From the human T2T-CHM13v2.0 reference genome, Homo sapiens: a DNA stretch of 64,000 nucleotides. Position 1 is the first letter of the stretch; each line of letters starts with the position of its first letter. The DNA is taken from NCBI RefSeq assembly GCF_009914755.1, contig NC_060944.1; one strand, given 5' to 3'. The notes below the pieces were generated by a model that was not told where the DNA came from, did not search any database, and was given only the letters and a program-made list of their open reading frames with translations. The position numbers and the translations under genes were made by a program. Of the stretch, positions 23,871 through 38,149 are shown piece by piece.

Positions 23871-26342
23871 CGAGAGGAAGGAAGGAGGGCACAGCAGAGA
23901 GCTGGCCAGGCCCAGTGTGTTCAGCGCAGGGGCTGGCCCTCCCCTCCAGAGAAGAGGCCGGTGGGTCCCAGGAAGGCCCTAGCTGCAGGTACACCCTATG
24001 CTCCAGTGCCTGGGAGTGTCTGGCTCAAGACGGATGGGTGTGAATGAACGAATGACCAAGTGGACAAATGATGCTCTGAGCACCCCCAGAAACCACTTGG
24101 AGACTCAGTGTCCCCTCCCTGCAGGGCTGGTAGACAGGCGTTCACTGGGGATGCCAGGCGTCATGCCATTTCACCTGTTTAAAGGCTGAGGTCTACATCA
24201 TTGCTTTTGACTGTTCACTTTCTTTCCCCCTGAGCTATCTGCTGCTGCCTTTGTCACATGGTACAATGTGTCAGTGGAATTGTTAAAATAATTTTTCTTA
24301 GGGCCCCTTAGAGGTCTAATATTTGAAATCCGACATTTTACTTATCCTTCATTGCTTGCAATTTTTCTCTCCTCAGTAGCCATTGTGTAGAGAAGCATCA
24401 CACAGCACTAACCAGGTATCCCTGCCCTGAGAAGAGAGGGAGAGGCTGACTGACTGAGCACGTGGCCGGTGATGTGTCCCAGGTCATCAGGGAGGCCCAG
24501 GCCAGCTCGGGAGGGCAGGGAGCTGGGGACCGCAACCTCACAGCCAGGTGCCCTCATCAAGAGCTCTCTGCCTACCACTTTCTCCACGGTAAACATAAAA
24601 AGAAGACACAAACCTGGAAGGAAATCGCCCTACCCCGGTCTAGAACTCAAGGAGCCAGGAGTGATTTAGAAGCAGAAGCGGGCTTCGCGGACAGGCACGC
24701 ACTGCCCTCCCCACTCACGAGGCGTTGTGAGGGGTGTTTTTTAAGCCATTCTCCTCCCTTTCTGTGCAGACTCAAAAGGCAGATGCCTTGTTGGGAGTTA
24801 ACAAGCCGGGTCTTTCAAAGGAGAGCTTGAAAAGCCTCATTGAGTTGGAAGCCAAGGGGCTCTGGAGTTAGACTAGGAGAGAATGGTCCCCTTGAGTGAC
24901 AGAAACATCACAGCGCCATGAAAGGGGCCGAGCGAGTCGGCTGCGTGGCCTGCTGTCTCCAGTTCCTCTCCGCAGTGTCTGCATCCCTGGGAACTACCAC
25001 CGGGTCATGGTGGGGTCAGGCCAACCCGGCCACATTGCTATGAAGACCAAGTTCTCCCACTTGTTTGAGCAATAGTGAGCCCCTCCAAACCCCTAGGCTG
25101 CTTAATTATGTACAAAGCCAGGCCCCCGGCCTGTGAGGAGGTGCATTCACACAGGAGCTGTCCGAGAGGCCAAGTTCAAGTCCACCCAAAGCTGTATTTT
25201 CCAGGAAAGCCCACACACCCATTTGTCTGAGATATGTGGTGGGCACCCGTTTTCCATGGGCTTTCCTTTGAACCTCTTCTGGTTTGAGCAGCGTTTTCTA
25301 GGGCTGATCCAGCAGTGTCCTTTATCCCTCCAGCTGTGCCCGTCACTCTGGGAGAAGGACACCTGCCATCTCCCCTCCCCAGGGGCTGGTGCACCAGAGA
25401 TTGGTAGGAGAGGAATCGCATCAAGTCAAGAGGTTTACTCACAGACAGATTTGTTCTGCTCTGATACACAAAGGACAGAACTAATATCCATGCCCCAACC
25501 CAGAGCCGGAAACCCAGGCCCCCACTCCTGACCTCATCCTTCCCTCCTCTCTCCTCCTACTCTGTGTACTTTCGCCTGGCCTTCCTGGAGCCAACACTTT
25601 AACATCCGCCTGTCCCTGCTGGTGCCTCCTGGGTGGATGCAGTGAGGACTCCTTCCCAGGATCTGGTACCTCCTGCCCCTCGTGCGTTCATGGGAGGCCA
25701 TGTGGCTGGGCACAGCTCCCAGTCCTCCCTGTCCCCAGGAGGGTGGATGGGACACTTGCTCCCACTATTCCCACTGGGTGCGACTGTCCCCAGGCCTGGG
25801 TCACATCGTGATTTGGGGGCCACCCCCATCCAGATATGCCACTTCTCGTCTAATCAGCACATACTTGCTGGCTCCCTGCTGCAGGCCAGGCATGGGGCTG
25901 GGCGGAAATGCTAATGGGGTCAGGCTCTTAGGAGGCTCTGATGTTTGTGCAGGGGGTGGGGAGGTTGCCCCAGGGCACCGTGGCTTCCTGCCTGATGCCA
26001 GGTACAGGAGGTGGCTTGGGCCTGGGTTGTGGCCATCAAGAAACCTGCTTCGGTCTCTGCCGCTGGAGGCAGGGGAGGAGGACTAAAGGAGGATCCCAGG
26101 GTTTGGGATCCACAGCAGATCCGCAGCGGGTCAGGTGGAGGGGGAAGGGAACTTGAGATACTCCACACGCTCTGCTGCTGCCCACCGTGGCCGGTGCACC
26201 CACGGCCCTGGAGGAGTCCCCAGGAGTGCACAGCTGCCTCTGGCCTCCTGTTCTCAGCATCTTCTCCTCACCTTGCTTTGAAGCCTCTGGGTCTCACCCA
26301 GCCCCAGCTTACTTCTTGCATGGGCCGTGTCCACAGTGTAGG

Positions 26343-26690
26343 TGTATTAGTCAGTTGGGACCAACCAAGCACCACTCCTTGGGGGCTTAAACAACAGAGA
26401 TTTATTTTCTTACAATTCAGGAGCTCGAAACCCAAGACTAAGGTGTGGGAAGAGCTGGCTTCTTCTGAGACCTCTCTCCTTGGCTTGTAGATGCCATCTT
26501 CTCCCTGTGTCCTCACGGAGTCGTCCCTGTGTGTGTGTCTGTGTCCTCACCTCCTCCTCTTATAAGGACGCCAGCCAGGTTGGATTAGGCCCCACCCTAA
26601 TGGCCTGATTTTGCCTTAACCCCGTTTTAAAGGCCCAGCTCCAAATACAGCCATGTTCTGACGGGATTAGGACTCAGCCTAGGAATCCGA
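26343..26690 (-). mobile_element. MaLR solo LTR (MLT1B/C-like)
   Basis: tgtattagtc...ggcttaaacaacagagatttatt...ctctccttggcttgtagatgccatcttctccctgtgtcctcac...cttataaggac...ggattaggccccaccctaatg. Confidence 0.85.
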
Positions 26691-29600
26691 GTTGAAGTTG
26701 AGCTCAAGCTGTTCAGCAAGGCAGCCACAGAGCACAGTCTGCCCTGGGCAGTGGTCCGCCAAGCATTGGCTTGGGGCTCCTGGTGGTGTCCCCCCCAAGC
26801 CCTGCTGTCACAGGACGAGAGGGAGCAGAGCAGGGACACGCCAGCTCTTGACCTCCATGGCTTCTGCGCATATTCCCTTGGCCGGAGCTGAGCACATGAC
26901 TATGCCTCTCCAGAGGGTCTTGCCGAGTGGATCTCTGTGCACACAGGATTTGAAAGAGAGTGTTTGGAGAACTGTGTGGACTCTGTGTGCTCACCACATT
27001 CCCTGTCCAATTCCCTCCCAGCTTCCCACCGTTCTCCTCCCCGATGCCCGCAGCGTTCAGAGCAGCCTCACCTGGGAGGCAATTCGATCCGATTGGTTGG
27101 TGGTCAGGTGTAGACCTGAGGGTGGAGGGGGAGCAATATGAAGAGGGCTGAATAGGGTGCATGCACCGTAGCTCTCCCAGGTCCTCCTGGAGCAGGGCCT
27201 GGCACCACATGGACACTCGACAAACCTGATGGGCGGACGAATGCACGGCAGCGTCGTCTTGATCCAATTTTAGAAACTGCCGTTAGGAAGACCTCATATC
27301 ACAATGGAAGAATTTCCTTTATTGAAAGAAAAAAAAATTACCTATGAAATCCAGCCAAAAATGTATCCTTTGACATGGTTCTTGTGCTCTAGAAGTTGGA
27401 ACAGTCTTGAAAACTGTTCATGACGGCACCGGAAGCCATGTTTGAAAGGGATGACCTCACATGATAGGAGGGAAGTGCCCAGATGTTGATATCTGATTCC
27501 TGGAAAATTAGCTCACCTGTCATCACTGAGACAAGGTGGTGCCTTCTGTCACATAACTTCAGGGGCTGGTCTTGGGGTTTAGGAGCAACTCATAAAATCC
27601 TACCTGGTGGGTTCCACGTGCCATACGAAATGCCGGCAGGAAGAACCTGGTGGCTGGTGATCTCCTGTCCCAGGGAAGATCTTATAAAGCCACATGAAGG
27701 AGTGGTGACGATTCAAAATAATGTCACTTTCAACAGATTTTTCTGTTTCTAAGATCTGACTTTAGGATGAAGTTTTCTAGAATCCAAGCAGTAAGACTGG
27801 ATGCCAGTTTCTTCCATGCAGCTTCAAGGCCAGAGGCAATGTCAGGAATTTTTCCTCTTTCTGCAGCCTGACAGACCCTGTGGGGGAATTTGGTGCTTCC
27901 CAGTGATTAGGCGACCCTGAGACCCTCCAATAAGGCAGGAAGCAAACAAAAGGGCCATTTGGTTACAAACTCCCCCTGCGACCCCATAAGCTGTTCAAGC
28001 CCGTGCCATCCTTGAATTTCTTTCTGAAATGTTCCATCATAAATTGTCAGAGATGGAAGAGTGGGTGAGAGGAAAAATTTGACGATTCCCCATTGCTAAC
28101 TAAAATAGCTTATTAGCTGCCATTTTACCCGTGTGCTCGGAGACTTCCAGAAGGGAGCTGTTCATGTCTCTTCTGCCCCTCTCCAGAAAATAATTAACCA
28201 CCCCAGTCGTCATTGATTCCAGAACTATCTGCCCAGGTTATTAATAAAAATGTTGAATCCCGGCTCATGTGCTGCCCTCCCACTGGCATCAATCCACTGT
28301 GCACGTGCATTAACGTGCGGAGAACGCCAGGAGGAAATGAGAGGAGGAGAGGCCACATCTCCAAGCAAGGACGAAGCTCCTCCTGGGATTCACCACGACG
28401 GTTTTAGCCTGGTGGTCGGCACCCTCTGCTGATGTTTTATTTGTGTGTTTTCCATGTAGGGTGTGTTTCTGTTTTTATTAATAGCAAGCACACTGGCTAA
28501 TTTTCTATCTTAAAAATATTGAATAGAGCTCTGAAAAGGACACATGCTGTAGCCAGCACTGGGGTGTCCACCATCTAGAATTAGCCGATGTCACTACTTT
28601 ACCACGTGAGCTGCAGGTTTGTAAAAGGAATAAGACCGGTGTAGAAAAGGTCATGTTCCCGTGATCTCCTGCCTTCTCCAGAAGCATCCCGGTGGAAGGC
28701 AGCATCTCTTCGCCATGTGTTTGTGGCTTTGCTCTTTTGTGCATAGACAGAAATTATGCTAGAATTTTATGGCTTTTTCTTCTCACTTAATGCGTCTGTG
28801 AGCCTCTCCCCGTGGGTCCATGTTACTCTAGCTCATTTCAGCAACTCTCCAGCCAGTGAGTGTGCCAGGATCCCTCTCTCTCCTGAGGACTTGGGGTTGT
28901 GTGTGACCCTTGCTACTTTCTGGCCATATTCCCACCTCCTCCCTCCCTCAGGGCACCTGGCAGGATTGCTCTGTTTGCTGCTTGAAGCTGGATATGGCTG
29001 TGTGGCCTGGTTTGAGCAATGAAAGGTGAGTGGAAGTGGTGCCTGCCACCACATGCCGAACCATTTAACTGACCTTGAGCCTGCTCTGGGCCCTCTTTCT
29101 CATGTGAAAATCCAAAAATCAAAGCAGCCGGGAATGCTGAGCCCATACCCAGAGGGCAGCTGGTCCAGAGACCACATTCCACCTGCTCTAAAAATCAACT
29201 CATACTGGGTTAAGCTACTGAGATTTGGGGGCAGGTTGTTAATTCAGCAAAACCCACCCCATCCTGACTGATAGAGGCTGCTTCCGATTTTCTGTTGTTA
29301 TAAACAGTGTGCAGTGCTGACCTTCACATGTGGCCAGGTTTCTAAAGTGGATTCCTGGACTTGCTGAGTCAAAGGGCACCTGCTTTTTCAACTTTCCTGG
29401 GGTTGCAATGTGTTCTCAGTCCCTCCCGCAGCCTCTGAGAGAGGGTTTCTCACATTATCTCTGGCATGTTCGTTTAGATCCTGCACACTTTCTGATCTGA
29501 GGAGTGAGGTTATTTCATCGCTTTAATCTGCAATGGGTACAACTCTTCACAGATGCAGTCTCAGTTATGAGGCTTTGAAATCCTAGGGTTTTCCATGATA

Positions 29601-29786
29601 ATGAGAGCAACAAACTTTTTAATGAACAAATATCGTATTTTCCACTATATTGGGGAATTTTTTTAAGTTAGCATAAGAAAACAAAAGCCCCTAACAGCCA
29701 AGTAAACTTTTGGAAACACAAGGGAATATTTATAATCAGAACTCCTAGAAAGGGTCTCCTTTTCCTCTTAATAAATAGCTCTGGCC

Positions 29787-30341
29787 TTATTAGAAATCGG
29801 TATTAGGGTTCTCCAAAGGGACAGAACTAATAGGAGAGATGAATCTATGAAGGGGAGTTTATTAGGAGAATTGACCCTCAGGATCACAAGGTGAAGTCCC
29901 TCAATAGGCTGTGTGCACGCTAAGGAGCCTGGAAGCCAGTCCAAGTCCCCAGATCTCAAAAGTAGGGAAGCCGACAGTGCAGCCTTCAGTCTGTGGCCAA
30001 AGGCCTGAGCACCCCTGGCAAACCACTGGTGTAAGGCCAGGAGTCTAAAAGCGGAAGGACTTGGAGTCTGATGTTCCAGGGCAGGAAGCATCCGCTCGGG
30101 AGAAAGATGGAGACCAGAAGACTCAGCCAGTCCAGTCCTTCCACGTTCCTCTGCCTGCTTTATTCTAGCCACGCTGGCAGCTGATTAGATGGTGCCCAGC
30201 CACATTGACGCTGGGTCTGCCTCTTCCAGTCCACTGACTCAAATGTTAACCTTCTTTGGCAACGCCCTCACAGACACACCCAGGAGCAGTACTTTGCATC
30301 CTTCAATCTCATCAAGTTGACACTCCATATTAGCTGTCACA
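29787..30341 (-). mobile_element. ERVL solo LTR (MLT2A/B-like)
   Basis: agggttctccaaagggacagaactaatagga...ccactgactcaaatgttaacc...tcaagttgacac...tcaca. Flanks ggcc on both sides. Confidence 0.9.
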
Positions 30342-31066
30342 GGCCCTCTGCAATGTCTATACTTGTTATCTCTAGATGGGAGTTGGAACGGAGCAATGGA
30401 AATGCTGAAGTGTTTGACGTGACTCTGTAAACTATGGTTGAAGTTCCCGTGACTTAGAAAAGTGACAGTTTCTTTTGTTAGTAAAAGTTTGGTTGGCAGT
30501 ACTTGGTTGAGTGATAAAAATGTCGCTAAATTCACTAATGTCACTTAACTCTGCTAATCTCACAACCTTAATAGGATTCATTTGTTACTTATGACATTGC
30601 CAAACCAAGCATTATCTTTCTATAGTCAGTTATACAATTAAAAAATAATAATAGCAACAAAGCTGATGGCGCCTTTATGATCTGTCCCTGCTGAGACAAG
30701 GGCTGAGGTTTCAGTCAGGGGGCTGGTGTGACCAGGTGACCCCCAGGAGGCTGCATAAAGACTCGTGAATGGCAGCTGTAAAGTGCTCTTCTCTTAAAGT
30801 AATCTCACAAGTGTAAATTGGCCTCCTGCAACGTTCATTTCTCTGAGATGGCGCCTTCCTTGCTTTCAGGCCACTGAGGCAAAGGTGGACCAAGGCTGTT
30901 GACCTGATGGAATGGAGCTGGCAGGTGGCCCTCCTCCCAGGACCCTGGACTCCCCTAGGATTCTAGAAACAGCTCAGATTCTGACTGGGGATTTTTCTGT
31001 CATCTGCAAAGATAGGCTCTCCACAGAGCTAAGAGGGTGTGGTGGTACAGCTTTCTCTCGTCACAG

Positions 31067-31178
31067 CTGAGGTCCCTGGAGGCTGCCCCACACCCCCGGC
31101 CCCACACCTGGCTCTTGGCACTAAGGTCCTTGGAGGCTGCCCCACGCCCCCTGGCCCCACACCTGCCTCTTGGCACTA
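31067..31178. repeat. 54-bp tandem duplication
   Basis: ctRaggtccYtggaggctgccccac...ggccccacacctgSctcttggca at 31067 and 31121. Confidence 0.93.
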
Positions 31179-31221
31179 CACTGTGTGGTCCGGTCCCACG
31201 GCCATGTGGTCTCTTTAGATC

Positions 31222-31428
31222 TGCGGTTCTCTTTCAGAGATGATGCTGCCCCGTCTCCCCAGGGGACCTCGGCAATGCCAGAGACCACAGTTGTGTATGT
31301 ATATGGCGGGGTACGGCTGACATCGAGCGGGTGGAGGCTGGGTACGGCTAAACACCCCACAGCCCAGGACAGCCTCGCAGCAGAAGCATCCAGCTCCATG
31401 TATCACTCGTGTCCAGGCCGAGAAACCC
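31222..31428. mobile_element. MER20-like hAT MITE
   Basis: ccccaggggacctcggcaatgccagagac...ggctaaacaccccacagcccaggacagcc...gagaaaccc. Confidence 0.65.
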
Positions 31429-32792
31429 GACGTAGAAATCCAGCTTGCCCAGGAGAGAGGGGTGGGACTCCTGGTGTTCACTTCGTAGCTGTTCTGTGGT
31501 GGGAGCGCAGTGGGAGCCGCAGGGCATCGGGGTCTTCGAAGGAAAGCCCGTGGATTATGCATCCAGGAATTAAAGCAGTCCATGCAATGGCAGCCGCCAA
31601 GCAGAGACGGTGACGGGATCCCTGCGTTGACGGTGGCATGACCGTGTGTGATGGGATGTGCCGGGGGCAGACAGGGCCCACCAGACCCCACGCTGCTCTA
31701 CTCCGCACCGGCCCCCCTGCCTGTACTTGACCACACTCCTGCCTTCTGCCACAGTTGCAGTTTGGGATAATTTTGGTGGAGAAAGTTGTAAAACCACCTG
31801 AATGAATTGGCTTGGTCCATGGACTGGAAGCCTGACTCCCCCGACAGCCCTCCCTGCCCCCGAGGAAGGAACCTTGTTCCTCGGTTATAAAACTTGAGCT
31901 TTTAATTGAGGGGAGGGGGGATGCACTAGGGGGTCTTGGAACTTGGTACATACAGGTGCTAGGTACAATCAAATGTATGTGATAAGTAATTAGATATCCA
32001 GGTAGACAAGTAGGGTGACTAGCAAATGACCCTTGAGCAGCCCTACTGGGGCCCCGAGTGGACAAACCACAGGCCCCTGTCCTTGGGCCCTCTCAGATGG
32101 CAGGAGCGCCCTCGCTTCTGTGGGTCTGACGCGGAGACAGTGTCTCCAGGGTGCTTTCTGAGACCAAAGTCGTTCAGCAAACAGAAGATCCCAGAAGGCA
32201 GCAAGCTCTGCCACGCAGCATCGGGACAACGTGGCTGTTTACTGCTCCCATGTGGGAGCAACCACAGCTTTTTAAAAAGACCGAGCAGTTTTCTGTGTTA
32301 AAAATTACCTTTAAAATGCTAAAGCTGTGGCCATGTCCAACATGCGTACATTTGGGAAGTGGCGGTAAATTCCATGCAACGTCAATTAACATTTCACAAT
32401 TCTGCCGGCCGTGGGCTGGAACTTTGGCCAGCCTGTCGGAGTGAAGGATGCTTTTCCTTCAGGTCATGGCGATCAGTCTGTCACGGGAAGGACGCCGACC
32501 CCGGCGCTCCCCAGGCTGCACGGTGTCCCTCATTGCTGGCGTCTGGCGTTCAGTCACTGTCTGGGCACCCACATCTTCCCCACTCTGTCCCGTCCTCTTT
32601 CTTGGAAAAGCTACTGCTGACGTGGACTTTTTTTTCATGATCACCCTACAAATTCATTTCTCTTTTTGTCTTTCACTGTCCAGCACTGGAGCTGCTGGCA
32701 GAGCCGTCAAGAGAACCGGAGGCTTTGGCAACTGGTGCCGCTCATGCTTGGCGCCAGCGGGCAGGAGGCAGCTTTGTCCTGCACACCGAGAC

Positions 32793-33620
32793 AGTGTGCT
32801 TGTGTATGTGAGTGTGTGGGGGTGGGGTGTGTGTGCATGTGTTTGGGGGGTATGTGGGATACGGTGCGTGTTCACATGTGTGTATGTGTGTGTGTGGAGG
32901 GGTATGTGTGCATGTGTGTAGAGGGTATGTGGGATACGGTATGTGTTCGTATGTGTGTGTGTGGAGGGGTGTGTGTGCATGTGTGGAGGGGGTATGTGGG
33001 ATACGGTGTGTGTTCGTGTGTGTGTGTGTGTGTGTGGAGGGGTGTCTGTGCATGTGTGGAGGGGGTATGTGGGATACGGTGTGTGTTCGTGTGTGTGTGG
33101 AGGGCTGTCTGTGCATGTGTGGAGGGGGTTTGTGGGATACAGTGTGTGTTCACGTGTGTGTGTGTATGGAGGGGTGTGTGCATGTGTGTGGGGGTATGTG
33201 GGATATGGTGTGTGTTCACACGTGTGTGTGGAGGGGTGTGTGCACATGTGTGCAGGGGGTATGTGGGATATGGTGTGTGTTCACACGTGTGTGTGTGGAG
33301 GGGTGTGTGTGCATGTGTGTGGGGGTATGTGGGATACGGTATTTGTTCACATTCGTGAGGGTGTGTGCCTGTGTGTGGGGGTATGTGGGATACGGTATTC
33401 ACATTCGTGCGTGTGTGTGGAGGGTGTGTGCATGTGTGTGGGGGTATGTGGGATACAGTATGTGTTCACATGTGTGTGGTGTGTGCGCTCGAGTGTGCAT
33501 GAGTATGCATGTGTGCAGAGGTGTGTGTGTGAGGTGTGTATATGTGTGTGTGTGGTATGCATGTGGGTGTAGGGGTGAGGTATGTGTGCACACATGCATG
33601 TGCGTGTGTGTGTGTGCGTT
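32793..33620. repeat. (TG)-rich minisatellite, about 10 units of 55-75 bp, fading into degenerate (TG)n
   Basis: Recurrent anchor gtatgtgggatacggt...gttc separated by variable (tg)n and gaggggtgtgtgtgcat. Confidence 0.96.
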
Positions 33621-34319
33621 AGATGCCCACACTTTGTGTTAGTGACATTCTAGGGACTCAGTGCTTCTAGGATCCAGTGACTCGCAACATTTTGTAAAGG
33701 CCTCGCCTCAAGCACTTCCTTAACTCAACTCCTCTGAAGTCCTTAATGTTTCTCAGGCAGTTTTGTGCCCAGAAATCAGGGCAGGGAGGGGGGTGTGTGT
33801 TTCCCTCTCTGCTACAATAGACAAGCAGATATGAAATGAGAGAACAGGGCTTGTGTGTGGTTTACATGCTGCCTGGAGATCCAGCTCTGAATGTGATGAA
33901 GCTGGCCTAGGTCTGAAAGGTTGAAACACAGAAGAGAAATTCACCAGGAGGACCCAGGGCAACTTTCCTTTCAGGATAGGAATCTGATTGGGAGTGTAGG
34001 CAGGAACGGGTTGGCTGGCTGGGCGCCGACGCGGTGCCACGGGATAATCCTTTAGTGAGCCACTGATTGGCTGGGGGGCTGCACGGGAGACAGGCAGGTA
34101 GTTTTGGAGGCAGGCATCTCTTCTTCCGTCTCCGTGCCCACGCTCCAGGACAGGTGGTGGCTCAGAAAGCAGACAGCAGTGATGGGCGGTGCCTCTTAGG
34201 ATGCTGCTGGGTAAAGGTGACTTAGGAAACTGACAGATCGCTGCCTCCCTCCCTTCTATATCCTTTCCACGTTGATGGTGTCCTCACTTACCATAGTGGG
34301 CCATGTACTCCATCACTGA

Positions 34320-34713
<394 letters not shown>

Positions 34714-37211
34714 CAGAGTACTTTCTGCTCTGGCCTGTGATTCTCCGTAGTGAGTCTCCTGCCACTGTTGACCCTGGGGTGGGGGTGGGGGTGGGGGGAT
34801 ACTGCCAAATACAAGCCTGGCCTCAATGCTTTCACACTCCTTGGCCAATGATGACACAAGGAACCTTTGAAGTCAGAATGTTCCCGAGCTCCTGCCCCTG
34901 CAGACAGCGCAGGAGCAGCCTTTTCCCACCTGAGGCTGCCTTTCTGGGAATGGCCCTGTTGCCACTTAGGTGTTCACTTGAGCATCTGAAATCGTTTCCC
35001 ATGCATGGACATGTGTGCATGCCTGCACATACACGCACATATGTGTAAAGCGGCACCGCGTGGGGCTGGCAGAGCGACTGTATCCGTGTTCGCACATCTA
35101 TGTCAAACAGTCTGCTGGCATAGAGTAAGCTTTAGATAACAGCGTGAAATAAATAAAAACAAAGTAACACATGCCCTTGGCCTTGAGGGGAGGGGGAGGC
35201 CTTTGCTTCCTGTGATTCCTCCTGGCTCTTTGCGGCAGCATCAAACCCTCAGGGCAGGGCTCCTAGTCTGTGTCTGAGCCCAGCCCTACCCCAGTGTCCC
35301 ATGCTGGAGAGTGGGGCTGGAGGTCCAGTCAGGCCCAGTCCCCAGGGCCCCTTTAAAGTTAGAAAACAATATAAGAGGTTTCTGTGCATGGGTACGTAAG
35401 GGGAGAAATACCCAAAAACCTGTACAGTTCCGAGCAGACGGGTGGTTTCACTCTAAGACTCCAAGCAATTCAGAACTGGGCCAGAGGGGAGCTGAGAGGG
35501 CTCCAGGCTGAGGCTCGGGCAGGCAGGTGGAAGGAGGGAAAAGGGCCCAACTTGTCCACCTTCTGACTTGGAAGTAAGGAGCCAGGGTCACCCTGAGAAG
35601 AGAAGGTAAACAGAGTACAAAGAGGAGAAGGAGAGCAGCAGTGTGTTTGTTTCAGATGTTGAGATCAGTTCCCCGCCCCCCCATTACAGCCCTCGAATAT
35701 TTTAAAATTTAATATGGAACTATCAAGCAGAATTCTTGGGGCAAGATTTTATTCAGATTTGTTGCATTTTAGTGGCTTAAAATGTCATTAAAAAATTAAA
35801 GCATGTTTATACAAACTTAAATTATCAGGGTGTAGCAACTAAATTGCCTCTAAAAGCACCCATTTTTAAGTAATTCAAAGAGAAGAGTGAGAAATTAGGA
35901 GTGTCTGATGGTGCAGCACAACCTTGGAAGGTTTTAAAGAACAGTTAACAGGTACACCGTGACCATTATTCTTCTAAAAAGAAATGTCACAAATGAGGAG
36001 TTGGAGACAGGAAGGATAGGAATATTAGAAGAATTGGCAGGTGATTGGAACATTATCATCAAAAACTAGTGAGAAAAGATGGCTCGTTCAGGGAATTGAA
36101 TTAGGAAGATTACAGAGCTGATGCCTTCAGAGAGTGCAAGTCATGTATCTTGTTATATAAAACTACAAATGCCTTCGGGTCTCGGGGGGAGAGGCGGGTG
36201 GAAGCCGCCTTTGGGACGGAGGGAATGGGGCTCCACGGGGGCAGGCAGATGTTATCTAAGCAGTGTCATTCTGTGTCTTGCCACATCTCCACTTTGCAAA
36301 CGTGTCTCATCTCAGAAGATGAACAGCAATGTCATTCCCTGCTTCTTGATGTTACAGTGAGAAGTCCTTTTCCTGCAGTCTTGAGAAACAGTCCTTCTGA
36401 CCCCAAGGTTGAACCAATAGCAATTGGCGTGAAATACGCAGTGACAGTCGCTGGTTAAAGTGGTTGGAGTTTTATGGGCATAAACATGGGTAAGGAACGG
36501 GGTACCTCACTCCCTCCCATGTCACCCCTCTCATCATCCCAAACACCTGATGAGGAACAGCCTGGAGCCTACAAAGGCTCTTCAGACCCACACCATCCTG
36601 CTGGTGTCTGTTCAAGATCCACATACAAAGCAACAGTGCTAAACTGGGAGCGTCTTTTTAAAAATTACTAGAAGGCTTCAAAGGGAGGTTTAGGGGGCAG
36701 GATGCTAAGGGAGAGCTCTGGCCATGGTTTGCTTGCTTTGTGTACAAAGTTTTCAGTCCAGATGCTCCTCGTGTGTTCCGTGGATGTGTGTCCATGAGGG
36801 CTCGCAGCCTCTTTATCCCTCATCCATTTCGGGAAAGGACGTCAAGCACGTGCTGGGAGACTAAACAGCGAAGCCTCCGGGATGTTATGTGCACCGCTGG
36901 GGGCCAGGCAGTGTCAGAGATGCCGAGATTGCAGCATTAGACAGAGGTGCTGCCTTCATGGTTCTCAGAGTCCAGATACATGAGCGCTTAGCGCATGGGA
37001 AACATTCCCCAAATCACAAAGAGGATGCCAGGACTGAGGAATAGCCCAGGGCTGGGGCAACAGGTTTGCTTTGCAGAATGGGCGCTTCCTGTGCTTGTGG
37101 TCAGCTGCCACCCCCCTCAGTGAAGGTGCCAGCTGGTCCTGGAGTCCTGGCCACTCCTTGGAGAAGACCTTCCTCCCCACTGGCACCCATCCTCCCCGGG
37201 ACTCACTGCAG

Positions 37212-37577
37212 CCCTGGCCTCCTTGTCCTGGCCTCCCTGGCCTCCCTGCCCCAACCTCCCTGGCCTCCCTAGCCTGCTTCCCTGGCCTCCCTGCCCCAGC
37301 TTCTCTGGCTTCCTTAGGTTGCCTCACTGGCCTCCCTAGCCTACCTCCATGGCCTCCCTGCCCCAACCTCACTGGCCTCCCTAGCCTGCTTCCCTGGCCT
37401 CCCTGCCCCAACTTCTCTGGCTTTCCTAGCTTGCCTCCCTGGCCTCCCTAGCCTACCTCCCTGGCCTCCCTGCCCCAACCTCACTGGCCTCCCTAGCCTG
37501 CTTCCCTGGCCTCCCTAGCCTGCTTCCCTGGCCTCCCTGCCCCAACTTCTCTGGCTTTCCTAGCTTGCCTCCCTGGC
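37212..37577. repeat. C-rich minisatellite (cctccctggcctccctgccccaac / cctccctagcctgcttccctgg units)
   Basis: Repeated CCTCCCT-based units. Confidence 0.95.
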
Positions 37578-38149
37578 TGCTCTCAGCCACTGCCTCCTTT
37601 GCTTCCCCTCTCAGGCCATTGGGAAGCCTTCCTGACTCTCCGCTTGGCACCACAGGAAATCTCTTCCCTCTGCCAGCTTCCAGGGCTCCCTGTAACTGGT
37701 CCCACCCCATCTACCCACCCCTCCAGTATATCTGCGGGACCCTGCCCTTGTGTTCATCCTTCTCACGGGGATGACCTCTGTCCTCCTCCCTGATAGTTCA
37801 TATCCTGCAGGACCCCTAGACCTTCCTCCCACACCCACCCAAGGCCCTTCTTGGATGCCACAACCTGCACCGGAGCCCTCCTCTTCTTTGGGCTCCTTGC
37901 AGTGCAGAGAGCCACATGGTGGTGTCTGTGCTCTTGTGTTGCCTTCTGGATTAGGACCTGGCCTCCTGGTGGAAGATGGAACAGCAATGCTCCCAGAGCC
38001 TGCAGTACCCAGGGGCAGGCAGGGCTGAGCAGGAGCGGAATCACTGGACAGGAGGCAGACACTTGGCCAGATGCGCACAGGCCAGTGCGCAGACAGAATC
38101 TCCTCTTGCAGCTGATGGGGAGAGTGGGAAGAGTGAATTCTGCAGTTGG

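Noticed and set aside
30182-30192. DUX4 site in the MLT2 LTR
   Set aside because: Reads CCATCTAATCA on the minus strand, two mismatches from TAATCTAATCA.
32654-33642. Long ORFs (up to 276 aa) rich in C/V/G or H/T/P
   Set aside because: They are translations of the TG-rich minisatellite, open in several frames on both strands.
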